A DNA stretch of 41,119 nucleotides, taken from contig CAYFGD010000001.1 of NCBI GenBank assembly GCA_964342715.1, positions 1 through 41,119 of the forward strand, given 5' to 3'. The position numbers and the translations under genes are program-made. The notes beneath the pieces were generated by a model. The model ran no database searches. It had not been told where the DNA came from and saw nothing but the letters and a program-made list of their open reading frames with translations. The stretch is from an uncultured Candidatus Poseidoniales archaeon (lineage in GTDB: Archaea > Thermoplasmatota > Poseidoniia > Poseidoniales > Thalassarchaeaceae). Positions 1 through 7,996 of this stretch are shown piece by piece (within the stretch, counting starts at the first letter, position 1; each line of letters starts with the position of its first letter).

Positions 1-78
1 TCCCTCCTCAGGTGTAAATACTGAAGACTCTGATGGCATCAGTTCCCCTCTCTCCCTCACCATGCCTATCGACAAGGT

Positions 79-1443
79 ATGGGCCGTACTCTCCACGCCC
101 AGAATGACGCCTTCCATGACTCTGCATGGAGGGAGGGCTTTCAAGTGTCGCGGCTATCGGAGCACGTGCGAACCATCATTGTGAATGCCGGAGAGATTGC
201 ACATATGTCTCAAGGCAATACGAAAATGCCACTTTTTGGACAAGAAATGAGCGATAAGCATGCGAATGTACACGAGCCGGGGATGGGGATACTGGTAGAG
301 TCAGGCGTTATATCAAGAATCGATGATTCGAAGGAAATTACTGATGAGTTCGTGCCATCATGGAAGGAAGGTAGTGGATTTTCTGATGGGATCAACATTA
401 TCGATGCTACGGGCAGGGCCATTATTCCCGGTTTTGTCGATTCACATACGCACTTGCTATGGGGTGGCGATAGAAGCGACGAGATTTCATTACGACAGAG
501 TGGCATGTCGTACACGGATATTGCAGAATCTGGAGGGGGTATAGGAAAAACCGTGAGCGAAACCAGGAAGCTGTCATTCAACGAGCTCGTCCAAATCGGT
601 AAGGATAGGGTTTCCAGAGCAATTTACCACGGTACAACCACAATGGAGGTTAAGAGTGGATACGGATTGAGTGTAGATTCCGAACTAAAGCTACTTGAGG
701 CTGCGGGAAAAATTGCCGAGATATCTCCCATAGATATTCATTCGACATGGCTAGGGGCGCATGATGTTCCCAAGGGAATGAGCAAAGGTGAATATGTGAA
801 CGAGTTGATTTCTGAGCAATTACCTCTAGTGGCTAGCCAGGGAATCTCCAAATGGACCGATGTTTTTTGTGAGCCTGGATGGTTCAATTTGGAGGAAACA
901 GAAGACATAGTTAACGCGTCAAAGGAGTATGGACTACAATCCAGGGTACATGTGGATGAGTTTGTAGACTCGGGAGGCCTATCTCTAGCTGCAGAGTTAG
1001 GTTCAGTCAGTGCCGATCATGTAGCTCATTCGAGCGATGAGTCAAGAAGTGCGGCCAGTAGACGAGGAACTATGCAAACATTCCTTCCAGGGACGCCATA
1101 CGTAATTGGGGCGGTTGATTTTCCCCCAATCTCGGATTGCATAGAAAATCAATGGGCATTTTCACTAGCGAGCGACTTCAATCCCAATTGCAACTCACTA
1201 TCGATTCCATTTGTAGGGTCATTGGCTGTACACAGATGCAATATTGATCCCATTAGTGCACTAGCAGCTGTCACTAGAAACCCATCAACTACTCTAGGGT
1301 ATGGAGACTCGATTCCAGTTGGCACCCTAGCAATTGGCTCACAAGCAAACATGAACATACTGATTTCAGAGACTGTGGATATGTGGTGTCAGACACCGGG
1401 GATGAACCCGATCTCTGATACAATCGTTCGAGGTGAATTGTAA
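79..1443 (+). CDS. hutI: imidazolonepropionase (HutI; amidohydrolase superfamily)
   Basis: 454-aa ORF with the metal-binding motif DSHTHLLWGG and HutI-like length. It lies next to hutH/hutU/formiminotransferase. The start is ATG 79; in-frame GTG 166 (VRTIIVNAGE) is an alternative. Confidence 0.85.
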   Translation: MGRTLHAQNDAFHDSAWREGFQVSRLSEHVRTIIVNAGEIAHMSQGNTKMPLFGQEMSDKHANVHEPGMGILVESGVISRIDDSKEITDEFVPSWKEGSGFSDGINIIDATGRAIIPGFVDSHTHLLWGGDRSDEISLRQSGMSYTDIAESGGGIGKTVSETRKLSFNELVQIGKDRVSRAIYHGTTTMEVKSGYGLSVDSELKLLEAAGKIAEISPIDIHSTWLGAHDVPKGMSKGEYVNELISEQLPLVASQGISKWTDVFCEPGWFNLEETEDIVNASKEYGLQSRVHVDEFVDSGGLSLAAELGSVSADHVAHSSDESRSAASRRGTMQTFLPGTPYVIGAVDFPPISDCIENQWAFSLASDFNPNCNSLSIPFVGSLAVHRCNIDPISALAAVTRNPSTTLGYGDSIPVGTLAIGSQANMNILISETVDMWCQTPGMNPISDTIVRGEL

Positions 1444-1560
1444 TACTTTGAAAATAACTACTATTCTATTAATAATGAATATTAGATAATAAAGTATGAT
1501 TATAATTATTCATAATTATATTCTGGTCCATTCAGAGGATGATCGCTAATGTTGCTAAAT
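1444..1560. other. extremely AT-rich intergenic island
   Basis: By hand count there are about 11 G/C in the ~80 nt after the hutI stop. The self-complementary octamer ATAATTAT occurs twice (1502-1509 and 1512-1519), 10 bp apart. Flanking genes have roughly balanced composition. Confidence 0.8.
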
Positions 1561-1579
1561 TTCCAATTTACGTGTTTCC

Positions 1580-1595
1580 GATAACAGTAGTTATC
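1580..1595. promoter_or_regulatory. inverted repeat GATAAC-N4-GTTATC (possible protein-binding site)
   Basis: The arms 1580-1585 and 1590-1595 are perfectly complementary and lie in non-coding DNA upstream of the small ORF and tRNA. Confidence 0.3.
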
Positions 1596-1643
1596 AGAAT
1601 AATATTTTGACTTGATATTGGAAACAGCCCCTCAGTGTAACGA

Positions 1644-1689
1644 ATATCGATATCATCAATGATTTTACGTAAAATACCCCACATGTGGG
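1644..1689 (+). promoter_or_regulatory. three stacked perfect palindromes; putative TATA/operator region of the 58-aa ORF
   Basis: The palindromes are ATATCGATAT (1644-1653), ATTTTACGTAAAAT (1662-1675) and CCCACATGTGGG (1678-1689), each checked base by base. The A/T-rich middle one sits about 25-30 nt upstream of ATG 1696, as expected for a TATA box on a leaderless mRNA. The GC-rich third one lies between it and the start codon. Confidence 0.4.
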
Positions 1690-1695
1690 ATTCAA

Positions 1696-1872
1696 ATGCT
1701 GATACCTGCTGAATGGAGCGTGACAGCCATCAGTGGGTACTGCATGAGTTGCAAAACATATGGTTTGATCCAGAACCTCGAGATGGTCAATATGGCAAAT
1801 GGTAGAACCAGGGCAAAGGGCACATGTTCAGTTGATGGCTGTGGTGGAAGAATTTCAAAAATCGTTTCGTAG
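1696..1872 (+). CDS. small C4 zinc-ribbon protein (DUF5679-like), 58 aa
   Basis: Hand translation: MLIPAEWSVTAISGYCMSCKTYGLIQNLEMVNMANGRTRAKGTCSVDGCGGRISKIVS*, with stop TAG at 1870-1872. The pattern YC-x-x-C ... NGR..AKGTC....CG..I.KI matches, from memory, the ~50-aa DUF5679 zinc-ribbon family. It is absent from the supplied track because it is under 60 aa. GTG 1720 is an alternative start. Confidence 0.55.
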   Translation: MLIPAEWSVTAISGYCMSCKTYGLIQNLEMVNMANGRTRAKGTCSVDGCGGRISKIVS

Positions 1873-1926
1873 CCATGGCAAAGATGGAGAATCATTCATT
1901 TGTGAGGTATGTATCGCGAAGTTACT

Positions 1927-2002
1927 GGGCTCGTGGTCTAGGGGTTATGACGTCGCCTTGACATGGCGAAGATCGCAGGTTCAATTCCTGCCGAGCCCAC
2001 CA
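1927..2002 (+). tRNA. tRNA-Val (anticodon GAC), CCA encoded
   Basis: Cloverleaf folded by hand. Acceptor stem GGGCTCG/CGAGCCC; anticodon stem TCGCC/GGCGA with loop TTGACAT (anticodon GAC); T arm GCAGG-TTCAATT-CCTGC; discriminator A1999; CCA at 2000-2002. No intron. Confidence 0.9.
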
Positions 2003-2030
2003 GTAATTTGTTACCTACTACAATGAAAAC

Positions 2031-2744
2031 TCATTCATATGTAATACGAAGCTTTCCGGCTCCCTTGGATCTAGAATTTGTAATCGTGATGTTTTGTACG
2101 TCTGAAGTATTAGAAACATGAGTTCCTCCGCATGGACATAAGTCGATACCATCAATTTCTACAACCCTTAGCATCTCTATGGCGCTGGGAATCCTATCCA
2201 TGAATTTTGTATGCCTCATTTGTTCGTGTGATAGGATTCTTGCCCTATCCCATTCGTGAATTGAAACCTCAGAATCTGACCTAAGTGCGTCGTTGACAGC
2301 TGTGGTCATGTCATCGGCATTGAATTGATCCCTATCCGGGAAAAATAGGTCGATTCTTGTATAACCCTCACTAATTTGGTTGCCTACGGTCTCAGCACCA
2401 TACAATTCGTTAGCCATTGCTGAAAATACATGCTGAGCTGTATGCATTCTTGTGTTTCTATTTCTCCAATCTGCGTTAATTTCGCATTCAACTTCTTCTC
2501 CAACACTGAATACTGAAGGATCATTCATTGGGTGGAGTATATTATCGCCGCCTAAAACCTCAGAGAATGCTGATTTATTGTCTATTGAAGTCAGGGTGCC
2601 AATGTCCCCAGGCTGTCCCCCTCCTCTAGGATAGCAATATGACTCGGAAAGGTGTAGGCCATCATCAGTGACTCCGGAGACTGTTGTTTTAAATTTCGGG
2701 GGGTCGGTGCCTGGATGATGCATCATATGCAATTTCTCTTGCAT
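2031..2744 (-). CDS. alaX: alanyl-tRNA editing protein AlaX (free-standing Ala/Thr-RS editing domain)
   Basis: 237 aa with the zinc motifs HxxxH (MHTAQHVF) and CxxxH (CPCGGTHV) of the SAD editing domain. ATG 2744 directly abuts the hutH stop codon (2745-2747). Confidence 0.85.
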   Translation of the reverse strand: MQEKLHMMHHPGTDPPKFKTTVSGVTDDGLHLSESYCYPRGGGQPGDIGTLTSIDNKSAFSEVLGGDNILHPMNDPSVFSVGEEVECEINADWRNRNTRMHTAQHVFSAMANELYGAETVGNQISEGYTRIDLFFPDRDQFNADDMTTAVNDALRSDSEVSIHEWDRARILSHEQMRHTKFMDRIPSAIEMLRVVEIDGIDLCPCGGTHVSNTSDVQNITITNSRSKGAGKLRITYE

Positions 2745-4265
2745 TTAATCACCGAATGCCTCAGTAATTCCTCCGGATAGAAGGGCATTAGAAAGAGCGA
2801 GGCTGTCTTTTGACATTGCTCTGTCGGCTGTCAATCCAGGAACAGTGCGCCTTACCCATGAGTGAACCTTCTTCACACCAGCACCAGGAGCTTCAGGGAT
2901 CCTGTCTAGTGCCTCGGTTGAACATATCAGCTCATTTGCGATTACCTGTGCTAGGTACCTAGAGCTCTTCATTGATCTATGGGAACCAGTAGCCCCCATG
3001 GATACATGGTCTTCTTTGCCCATACTCACTGGAACATTGCTTGTCGTTGCTGGAGAAGCCATCATATGTAGCTCAGCGACAATCGCTGCAGATGTGTATT
3101 GAACAATCATGAGGCCACTTTCCAATCCCTCGTTTATTGCTAGGAAGGGCTTCTGCCCACTCCATTGTGGATCTAGAATTTGGGCCGTCCTTCGTTCTGA
3201 AATGCTCGCAATCTCATGACATGCAAGAGCTAGACCATCACTACTCATTGCTAAATATTGACCATGGAAGTTACCGCCAGATAGAATGCTTCCATCTCCA
3301 TTGAATACCAGGGGGTTGTCAGTAGCGCTATTTATCTCGATTGTAGTAATCCTCCTCGCTTCTCTTAGCATGTCAATTACTGGCCCGTGTACTTGCGGAA
3401 CGCATCTAAACGAGTATGCATCCTGAACTCTTCCACAATCGATGTGAGATGCGTTGATATCTGAATTAGAAAGAGCTTCCCTAATTCTAGCTGCTGAAAT
3501 CCCCTGCCCCCAATGGGGTCTGGAGTCATGAATCCTGTTGTCGAATGGAATATGAGAGCCCATAATGGCCTCAACAGAGCATGCTGCTGAGAGGTCGGCA
3601 GTGAACATTAGCATGTCCATGTTACTGATCGTTTCGCACATATATGCACACATTTGGCTAGTTCCGTTGATTAGTGACAGCCCCTCCTTTGCCTCTAAGA
3701 CGATAGGTGTAATTCCAAACATGTTTAGTGCAGTTTCTGAACTTGTGACAACAGCCTCCCCATTTTCAATAATCTCACATTCTCCTTCACCGATCAGAGC
3801 AAGGGCTAGGTGTGATAGTGGGGCTAAGTCACCCGATGCCCCGAGTGAGCCGATTCTCGGAATCACAGGACAGATGCCCGCATTAATCATTGAAATTAGC
3901 GTCTCAACTACGACGGGACGAGCACCTGATTGTCCACGGCATAGCGTATTTGCCCTGATTAGCATCATCATCCTTACATGCTCATACTCCATATTCTCGC
4001 CGACTCCACAGGCGTGACTTCTGATGAGATTCTCCTGCAATGACCTGAGGTCCTCAGAATTTATCGTTACAGATGAAAGAGCGCCGAAGCCAGTATTGAT
4101 TCCATATACTACCTCATCACCTTCCACAATGTCTTCGACTACCGCCCTGGATTTTACCATCCGTCCCATCGCAACTTCTGAGAGAGTCACTGTGACATCG
4201 CTCCTGCTAGCGTCTATGACGTCCTCTATAGTGAGATTGAATCCGTCAATAGACAACTCGCGCAT
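2745..4265 (-). CDS. hutH: histidine ammonia-lyase (HutH)
   Basis: Carries the MIO-forming motif GSLGASGDLAPLSH and has aromatic amino-acid lyase length. The longest ORF opens at TTG 4289; ATG 4265 (MRELSIDGFNLTIEDV) was chosen. Confidence 0.9.
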   Translation of the reverse strand: MRELSIDGFNLTIEDVIDASRSDVTVTLSEVAMGRMVKSRAVVEDIVEGDEVVYGINTGFGALSSVTINSEDLRSLQENLIRSHACGVGENMEYEHVRMMMLIRANTLCRGQSGARPVVVETLISMINAGICPVIPRIGSLGASGDLAPLSHLALALIGEGECEIIENGEAVVTSSETALNMFGITPIVLEAKEGLSLINGTSQMCAYMCETISNMDMLMFTADLSAACSVEAIMGSHIPFDNRIHDSRPHWGQGISAARIREALSNSDINASHIDCGRVQDAYSFRCVPQVHGPVIDMLREARRITTIEINSATDNPLVFNGDGSILSGGNFHGQYLAMSSDGLALACHEIASISERRTAQILDPQWSGQKPFLAINEGLESGLMIVQYTSAAIVAELHMMASPATTSNVPVSMGKEDHVSMGATGSHRSMKSSRYLAQVIANELICSTEALDRIPEAPGAGVKKVHSWVRRTVPGLTADRAMSKDSLALSNALLSGGITEAFGD

Positions 4266-4295
4266 GATACACGCCGGGGGGTATCGCAAATAGAC

Positions 4296-6308
4296 TCATC
4301 GAGAATCAAATATCTCCTTGATCAATGAATCTTCTACATCACTCGGTATCGTCACCTCAAGATCATCAATGGCTTCCATCGCCCTGAATATTGACCATCT
4401 TGCTGCTTCATTTCGTGCCCACGATCTTCGAGCGATTCCATTATTTACATCCCAGGAAATCATCGACTCAATATTCATCTTGCACCTTTCTGAGCCATCA
4501 ATGACCATCCCAAATCCACCATTTGTAACTTCACCCCAACCAACGCCTCCACCGTTATGAATGCTAATCCACGTCGCACCCCTGAAAGAGTCGCCAACGA
4601 AATTTTGTATGGCCATGTCAGATGTGAACATTGACCCATCATATATATCCGAAGTTTCTCTGAATGGACTGTCAGTACCACTAACGTCATGATGATCCCT
4701 ACCAATGACTATGGGAGCGGAGATTAGTCCATTCGATACAGCTTCATTGAATGCCTTAGCAATGGAAATTCTTCCGGCCTCATCTGAATATAGTATCCTA
4801 GCCTTGCTCCCAACAACAAGATCGTGTTTACCGGCTTCTTGTATCCATCTCAAATTATCCCTGTACTGCTGAACTATCTCTTCGGGGCAGTCCTCGATAA
4901 GAGCCTCTAGAGCCTTGATCGCGATACTATCGGTCATTTCTAAGTCGGACTGCTTTCCTGAGGTACATACCCATCTAAAAGGGCCAAAACCATAATCAAA
5001 ACACATGGGCCCCATAATATCCTCTACATATGAAGGGTAAGAATACGTACCGTCTTCGGAAAATACATCAGCTCCAGACCTGCCTGCCTCCAACAGGAAT
5101 GCATTCCCATAGTCCCAAAATCTCATGCCCCTAGAACAGAGCATGTTGATGGCATCGGAGTGCCTTCGGAGAGAATTACGAACGTGCTCCTTGAATCCTA
5201 CGGGATCGCTAGATAACAGCTCTTTGGCCCGATCATACGTGAATCCTACAGGCGTGTATCCCCCCAACCATGGGTTGTGTAAGCTTGTTTGGTCACTACC
5301 CAAATCGGGCGTCAAATCTTCATCAATAAGAGCTTCGAGAAGATCAACAATGTTACCAACATAACCAATTGAGACAGCTTCCCTATTCCGAACAGCCTCC
5401 CTAGCCCTGGATATTACTGTGCCAATCTCCTCATAGAGTTCCGAGAGCCAGCCCTGCTCGTACCTCTTTGATGCTGCAAATTTATCTACCTCTGCAATAA
5501 TACATACAGCACCTGCGATTACTGAAGCTTTAGCCTGGGCACCAGACATCCCACCCAATCCCGATGTGACGTACAAAACTCCTCCTAGGCCTTCTGTTGG
5601 TGATATTCCGAGATATTTTCTCGATGCATTAAGAATGGTGATCGTGGTACCGTGTACAATTCCCTGGGGGCCAATGTACATGTATGATCCAGCCGTCATT
5701 TGGCCGTATTGTGTAACCCCTAATGCACTCATTCTTTCATAATCGATCTGGGAAGAATAATTCGGTATTACCATGCCATTGGAGATTACTACCCTTGGGG
5801 CTGATATCGATGAAGGGAACAACCCCAATGGATGTCCGGAGTTCATAACCAATGTCTGCTCATCGGACATTTCAGAGAGGTATTTCATAGTTAATCGGTA
5901 TTGAGCCCAGTTCTGGAAAACAGTACCGTTTCCCCCATAGGTTACAAGTTCATGCGGGAACTGAGCTACTTCAGGGTCTAGATTATTTTGGATCATCATC
6001 ATTATTGCAGCTGCGCTCTTGGATCTTGCATTGTATTCGTTGATTGGCCTGGCGAACATCTTGTATTCAGGCCTAAATCTATGCATGTAGATATGGCCAA
6101 GATTGTCTAGTTCAGATAGAAATTCCTTTCCTAGTTCATAATGCCAATGTTTGGGGAAATACCTCAATGAATTTCTGACTGCGAGCTCTCTTTCTGCGTC
6201 ATTCAGTACTTGGGGCCTTGGAGGGGCATGCGGTATGTCGTCGTCAATAATTGGAGCACTTGGCAATTCATCGGGTATCCCGTAAAAATTAATGTCAGCC
6301 ATTACCAT
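4296..6308 (-). CDS. hutU: urocanate hydratase (HutU), long ~670-aa form
   Basis: Strongly urocanase-like throughout (GHPLGLFPSS, NGMVIPNYSS, MTAGSYMYIGPQGIVHGT, RDHHDVSGTDSPFRETS). It also has an N-terminal extension (HAPPRPQVL..LAVRNSLRYFP..GHIYMHRFRP). ATG is at 6308 or 6302. Confidence 0.9.
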   Translation of the reverse strand: MVMADINFYGIPDELPSAPIIDDDIPHAPPRPQVLNDAERELAVRNSLRYFPKHWHYELGKEFLSELDNLGHIYMHRFRPEYKMFARPINEYNARSKSAAAIMMMIQNNLDPEVAQFPHELVTYGGNGTVFQNWAQYRLTMKYLSEMSDEQTLVMNSGHPLGLFPSSISAPRVVISNGMVIPNYSSQIDYERMSALGVTQYGQMTAGSYMYIGPQGIVHGTTITILNASRKYLGISPTEGLGGVLYVTSGLGGMSGAQAKASVIAGAVCIIAEVDKFAASKRYEQGWLSELYEEIGTVISRAREAVRNREAVSIGYVGNIVDLLEALIDEDLTPDLGSDQTSLHNPWLGGYTPVGFTYDRAKELLSSDPVGFKEHVRNSLRRHSDAINMLCSRGMRFWDYGNAFLLEAGRSGADVFSEDGTYSYPSYVEDIMGPMCFDYGFGPFRWVCTSGKQSDLEMTDSIAIKALEALIEDCPEEIVQQYRDNLRWIQEAGKHDLVVGSKARILYSDEAGRISIAKAFNEAVSNGLISAPIVIGRDHHDVSGTDSPFRETSDIYDGSMFTSDMAIQNFVGDSFRGATWISIHNGGGVGWGEVTNGGFGMVIDGSERCKMNIESMISWDVNNGIARRSWARNEAARWSIFRAMEAIDDLEVTIPSDVEDSLIKEIFDSR

Positions 6309-6931
6309 CCCAGCCTCTCATCAATGATGCCTATGATTTTGGCATGATGTTTGTTGACGTTGTTTTCTATAGCGAATAGCTCTGATGAGATCAAATCACA
6401 CTCCTCTCCATCGATAGAGTCAAGATTTATCTTCACATTCATTGAAGCAATGACGAAAGAGCTCCTGGCCAGCTCGGCAGAGGCAGCCAAATCAGTCAGA
6501 GCATTTGAGTTACCGAATTTCGCTAGCTCGACAATAGAGATTAGAAGATGAAGAGAGCCCTCGGCGATTTTGAGTGGGGATCTTGCAGCGCCTATTGTCG
6601 CCGCCCTAATGGATTTCTTTCTGGACTCTATCTCGTCGTCATTATTTCGAGGTAGCCTAAACGACTCCATCACCCTGTCAAAAGATTCAGCATCAGCTCT
6701 TGCCATATCTATTGACGCTGCAATTCCTTCCTCGGACCGTACAATAACATCTTCCGCGGAAGCGTGTCCATCTGCCCATTTTTCCCTATCTAATGTCAAC
6801 CTCGATACCATCAGCGCGAGAGCGTGTGCATGAGCAAGGGTCAATGCAGCAACAGAGCCGCCGCCCGGAGTGGGGTCCGAAGAAGCAATTTTGTTGAGTA
6901 TGTCTGTATAGCCGTCGTTAATCTCACTCAC
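6302..6931 (-). CDS. formiminotetrahydrofolate cyclodeaminase (FTCD C-terminal-domain family)
   Basis: 209-aa helical ORF with the PTPGGGSVAAL motif. The GTG start overlaps the upstream formiminotransferase by 8 nt. Confidence 0.8.
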   Translation of the reverse strand: MSEINDGYTDILNKIASSDPTPGGGSVAALTLAHAHALALMVSRLTLDREKWADGHASAEDVIVRSEEGIAASIDMARADAESFDRVMESFRLPRNNDDEIESRKKSIRAATIGAARSPLKIAEGSLHLLISIVELAKFGNSNALTDLAASAELARSSFVIASMNVKINLDSIDGEECDLISSELFAIENNVNKHHAKIIGIIDERLGW

Positions 6932-7961
6932 CTCTGTTTATTGCCCATTCGATTATACATGTTCGGGGATCAAACTCACCAAATTTATCGAGTGAAAGTC
7001 CGGAAATAGCGGCATTTACTAGCTCATTATCGGCAGCACCGTCTGAATCGGCCAGATATTTCTTTCCTGCGGACAACATGGCATTTAGTGGCACAAGACC
7101 AACTAGCTCCGAAGATGTTACCGAATAGCCCAGTTTATTGGCTTCGGATCTGATTGTCTCGGTGACATCGTGAAGACCAGTTACATTGTGGTCCAGTAAG
7201 TTCATGGAAACTTGGGCTGTGTCCTCATCGAACATCCATCCAGCTGCTTGCAGAGATTTGAACATTCCAGGGGTCCTGAGTGGCTTCCCATCATCTCCTA
7301 TGACCTTGGCGCCACTTTCATCCTTGACTAGTGCTCCGCTAGTTCTGATTCTGGATGCTATAGAGTTAGCAATTTTCTTATCGTCAGTATTCAAATTCAC
7401 GTTGTAGGCAATAAGAACCTGTCTAGCACCTGTTGCAGTAACGCCCATTGATGGATTGAATGTACTAGGTCCGAAATCGGGCTTCCATCCCTCTGATTTA
7501 ATCTTCTCCCCCATGCCTTCATACTCCCCTTTTCTAATATCGGGAAGCCTGACTCTAGCCTCTTCTCTTGCTGCCTCTGCATACAGATAAACGGGAAGCT
7601 CGAATTTCTCGGAAACTGCCTGGGCGTATCTTTCGGATAAAGCGATGCAATCATCCATTGAGGTACCACTAAGCGGTATGAATGGGACCACATCCACTGC
7701 CCCCATACGCGCATGCTCCCCTGTGTGGTGCCTCATATCAATCAAATTTACAGCTATCTCGGTGCAGTCAATGACGGCCTTCAGGACAGCCTCGGGTTCA
7801 CCAACCATCGTTACTACGGTTCTATTGAAATCATAACCCATATCAACGTCGAGAAGCTCAACATCATCTCCCTCTATAATGGGCCTAGTGATCCTTTCGA
7901 TTACGGACGGGTCCCTACCCTCACTAAAATTCGGCACACACTCGATAAGGGCGCGACTCAC
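6924..7961 (-). CDS. glutamate formiminotransferase (FTCD N-terminal-domain family)
   Basis: N-terminal signature ECVPNFSEGRD. At 345 aa it fits the two formiminotransferase subdomains. GTG start. Confidence 0.85.
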   Translation of the reverse strand: MSRALIECVPNFSEGRDPSVIERITRPIIEGDDVELLDVDMGYDFNRTVVTMVGEPEAVLKAVIDCTEIAVNLIDMRHHTGEHARMGAVDVVPFIPLSGTSMDDCIALSERYAQAVSEKFELPVYLYAEAAREEARVRLPDIRKGEYEGMGEKIKSEGWKPDFGPSTFNPSMGVTATGARQVLIAYNVNLNTDDKKIANSIASRIRTSGALVKDESGAKVIGDDGKPLRTPGMFKSLQAAGWMFDEDTAQVSMNLLDHNVTGLHDVTETIRSEANKLGYSVTSSELVGLVPLNAMLSAGKKYLADSDGAADNELVNAAISGLSLDKFGEFDPRTCIIEWAINRGE

Positions 7962-7996
7962 GACCCGCGATTGAGGGGTGGGAAATAGGGTTACTG

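Noticed and set aside
1927-2002. tRNA-Val as an integration hotspot, with the AT-rich DNA as the remnant of a mobile element
   Set aside because: No integrase, no direct repeat of the tRNA 3' end and no foreign-looking genes flank it. The neighbours are core metabolic genes.
1799-2026. 75-aa plus ORF, together with the 67-aa minus ORF at 1692-1895, in the tRNA region
   Set aside because: The first reads straight through the tRNA-Val gene. The second is antisense to the better-supported zinc-ribbon mini-ORF.
3565-4017. 150-aa ORF antisense to hutH. The same applies to 21538-22005 antisense to the transketolase C subunit and 10326-10631 antisense to metG.
   Set aside because: All lie within genes with strong family motifs on the opposite strand and show Ser-rich shadow-frame composition.
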